Source: an uncultured delta proteobacterium
GTDB lineage: Bacteria > Myxococcota_A > Polyangia > Polyangiales > Polyangiaceae
Direction: 5' to 3'
Length of the DNA stretch: 64,000 bases
Assembly (NCBI GenBank): GCA_963806225.1
Contig: CAWDXG010000001.1
Span: forward strand, 32,001 to 96,000
The notes under the pieces are model-generated. The model searched no databases. It was not told the DNA's origin and saw only the letters and a list, made by a program, of their open reading frames with translations. Each line of letters opens with the position of its first letter. Position 1 is the stretch's first letter. The position numbers and the translations under genes were made by a program. Below are positions 62,369 through 64,000 of the stretch, one piece after another.

Positions 62369-63251
62369 GGCCGATCTCCCGCACGCGCACTTGGCCCGAG
62401 ACGAGTACCTCGCCGTCGCGACCCACCAACACCGCGCCCGTCGCTCCGTGATTCGCGACGAACCGTTTACCCTCGCGGCTGCCGAGCAGGAAGGCCGTCT
62501 TCGCCAGCACGTCCGCGAGCTCCGCTCGCGGTGCGAAAACGGTCGCCTGCAGCAGATCGCTCGCCGAGGGGGCGAGCGTGCGGGGATCGATCAGGTGATG
62601 CGCGGCTCTACCGCCCACTTTCCAGGTCCGTCGGTTCGGTGCGCTGGTTGCGAGCGCACCGCCGGACACGGCGACCGTCAGGAGGACTTGTTCCGCGTTG
62701 CGCGGGTCCTCGATGTCGACCAGCCATTCGCCGCGCGTTGGCTCGAGACCGAGCAGGATGGCGTCGCCGCCAGCGTCGATCGCTCCTCTCCCGTCGAGAT
62801 GGCGTGCCGCCGCGTCCACGGTGGCGCCCTTGATCATGCCGCCCAGATCGATCTGCACGTGGCAGGGCCGATCGACCGAGCGCCTCGACGGGTCGAGCCC
62901 GATGTCGAGGAAGCTGCCAGCGCGTCCTGGTAGGGTTGCAGCGGCGCGATCGAGCGCGCCCGGCGCGAAGGAGCGGTCGTAGCCGAAGGCTGCCAGCACG
63001 CCGCCGACCGCGGGATCGAACAACCCGAGCGTCAGATCGAAGTACCACCGAGCACGCACCAGCGCAGCGAAGAGCGGCTCCGACACGGTCGCTGGCCCGC
63101 ATGCGCGGTTCAGCCGCGACAGCTCGCTGTCCCGGCGGAAGCGGCTGAACCGGCGCTCCGTTTCGGCGAAGGTCGCGGCGACCCGCGTCGCGATCGCCTC
63201 GTCGTCGGTGGCGACGGATACGTCGGTGTTCATCGCGCGGAAGGTGAACAT
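62361..63251 (-). CDS. apbE: FAD:protein FMN transferase
   Basis: FRAMNT, FSRFRRDSELSRLN, FDP, DLGGMIKG, DAGGD, ATS, HHLIDPRT. Confidence 0.93.
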   Translation of the reverse strand: MFTFRAMNTDVSVATDDEAIATRVAATFAETERRFSRFRRDSELSRLNRACGPATVSEPLFAALVRARWYFDLTLGLFDPAVGGVLAAFGYDRSFAPGALDRAAATLPGRAGSFLDIGLDPSRRSVDRPCHVQIDLGGMIKGATVDAAARHLDGRGAIDAGGDAILLGLEPTRGEWLVDIEDPRNAEQVLLTVAVSGGALATSAPNRRTWKVGGRAAHHLIDPRTLAPSASDLLQATVFAPRAELADVLAKTAFLLGSREGKRFVANHGATGAVLVGRDGEVLVSGQVRVREIGHA

Positions 63252-63577
63252 CACGAGCTCCTGGTGCGGATCCGGCCCGGATGCGCGGCTGATGCGCGTA
63301 CCGGACGGGGGGGAGCCATCTGGCGCTGCGCTGTCGGCGCGATCATCCAGCCGTCGGGCAGCGCGACGGGCGGACGTTCCCCGGGCGGCAGTTCGCTGTA
63401 CCAGACGACGGGAGAACGTGGACCCGCCAGCTCGGCCCGCGGCGCCAAACGGATCTGCACCCGTCGCTCGCCAAACGACCACCACGCCACGACGTACGCC
63501 AGTGCGAGCAGTGCAAGCAGGTGCGGCCGGAGGCTGCGCGTGAAAAGTGGGGGGCGGCGGCGTCTAGTCGTCGTCAT
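63251..63577 (-). CDS. Small membrane protein ending RIRTRSS, coupled to apbE
   Basis: One TM helix, Pro-rich body, TGATG overlap with apbE. Confidence 0.65.
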   Translation of the reverse strand: MTTTRRRRPPLFTRSLRPHLLALLALAYVVAWWSFGERRVQIRLAPRAELAGPRSPVVWYSELPPGERPPVALPDGWMIAPTAQRQMAPPRPVRASAAHPGRIRTRSS

Positions 63578-63911
63578 CGTGCTCCTCGCGGTCGTGACGT
63601 TCATGGGCTTCGCGCTCGCCGCGGACCTTGTGGAACGCCGCAAACACCGGTCCCGGTTCGGGCGGAGCCGCCTGGACGGGCGGCTCCGGGGCGACGGGCA
63701 CCAGTACGACCGGGGGAGCGTTGGGTTGCGGCGCCGGCGCCGCAGTCGGTGGCGCGTCGGCGGGCACCGCCGCGGCCGGCGATCCGGCGTGCGGCGCCAG
63801 GTATCCGCCGAGCGCCGCGACGGTCACACCCAGCGCAAGCGTCGTGGCGGCGGTCGCGACAATCGTCGCGATCTGTCCTTTGCCGGTTGCTTCATGGCTC
63901 GTCGTCATCAT
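63564..63911 (-). CDS. Small membrane protein with His/Asp/Glu-rich tail
   Basis: GGAGG RBS; TM helix; Pro-rich linker; HERHDREEHDDDD. Confidence 0.7.
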   Translation of the reverse strand: MMTTSHEATGKGQIATIVATAATTLALGVTVAALGGYLAPHAGSPAAAVPADAPPTAAPAPQPNAPPVVLVPVAPEPPVQAAPPEPGPVFAAFHKVRGEREAHERHDREEHDDDD

Positions 63912-64000
63912 CTTCCTCCAGTCGAGGCTCGTTTCTGCGGTCCCCGGGGACCGGATCAGTGATGGGCTCCTGGCGGCCCGCGCACCATCCGCCAAGCGTG

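Overview
High-GC DNA with the gene repertoire of a myxobacterium (Polyangiales/Sorangiineae-like: MYXO-CTERM proteins, Gly-rich-linker Cys-rich lipoproteins, TPR protein). It looks like a heavily rearranged accessory region. It holds seven copies of one IS91/ISCR-like rolling-circle element that share one end and are variably truncated, three type II toxin-antitoxin modules, an internally deleted group II intron inside a long hairpin element, a tRNA-Leu-derived att remnant and many gene scraps. It also holds a LysR-divergent operon rich in cyclic-nucleotide signalling domains. The standout is a three-gene cluster at 56292-58554: a profilin-like protein with a twin-arginine (Tat) signal, a secreted Cys-rich/basic protein, and an intron-less conventional eukaryote-type actin. 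My hand alignment of the actin against remembered human beta-actin gave about 259/375 identities (~69%), which needs recomputing. All calls come from reading the sequence; no searches were run. Several single-base frameshifts may be sequencing errors.
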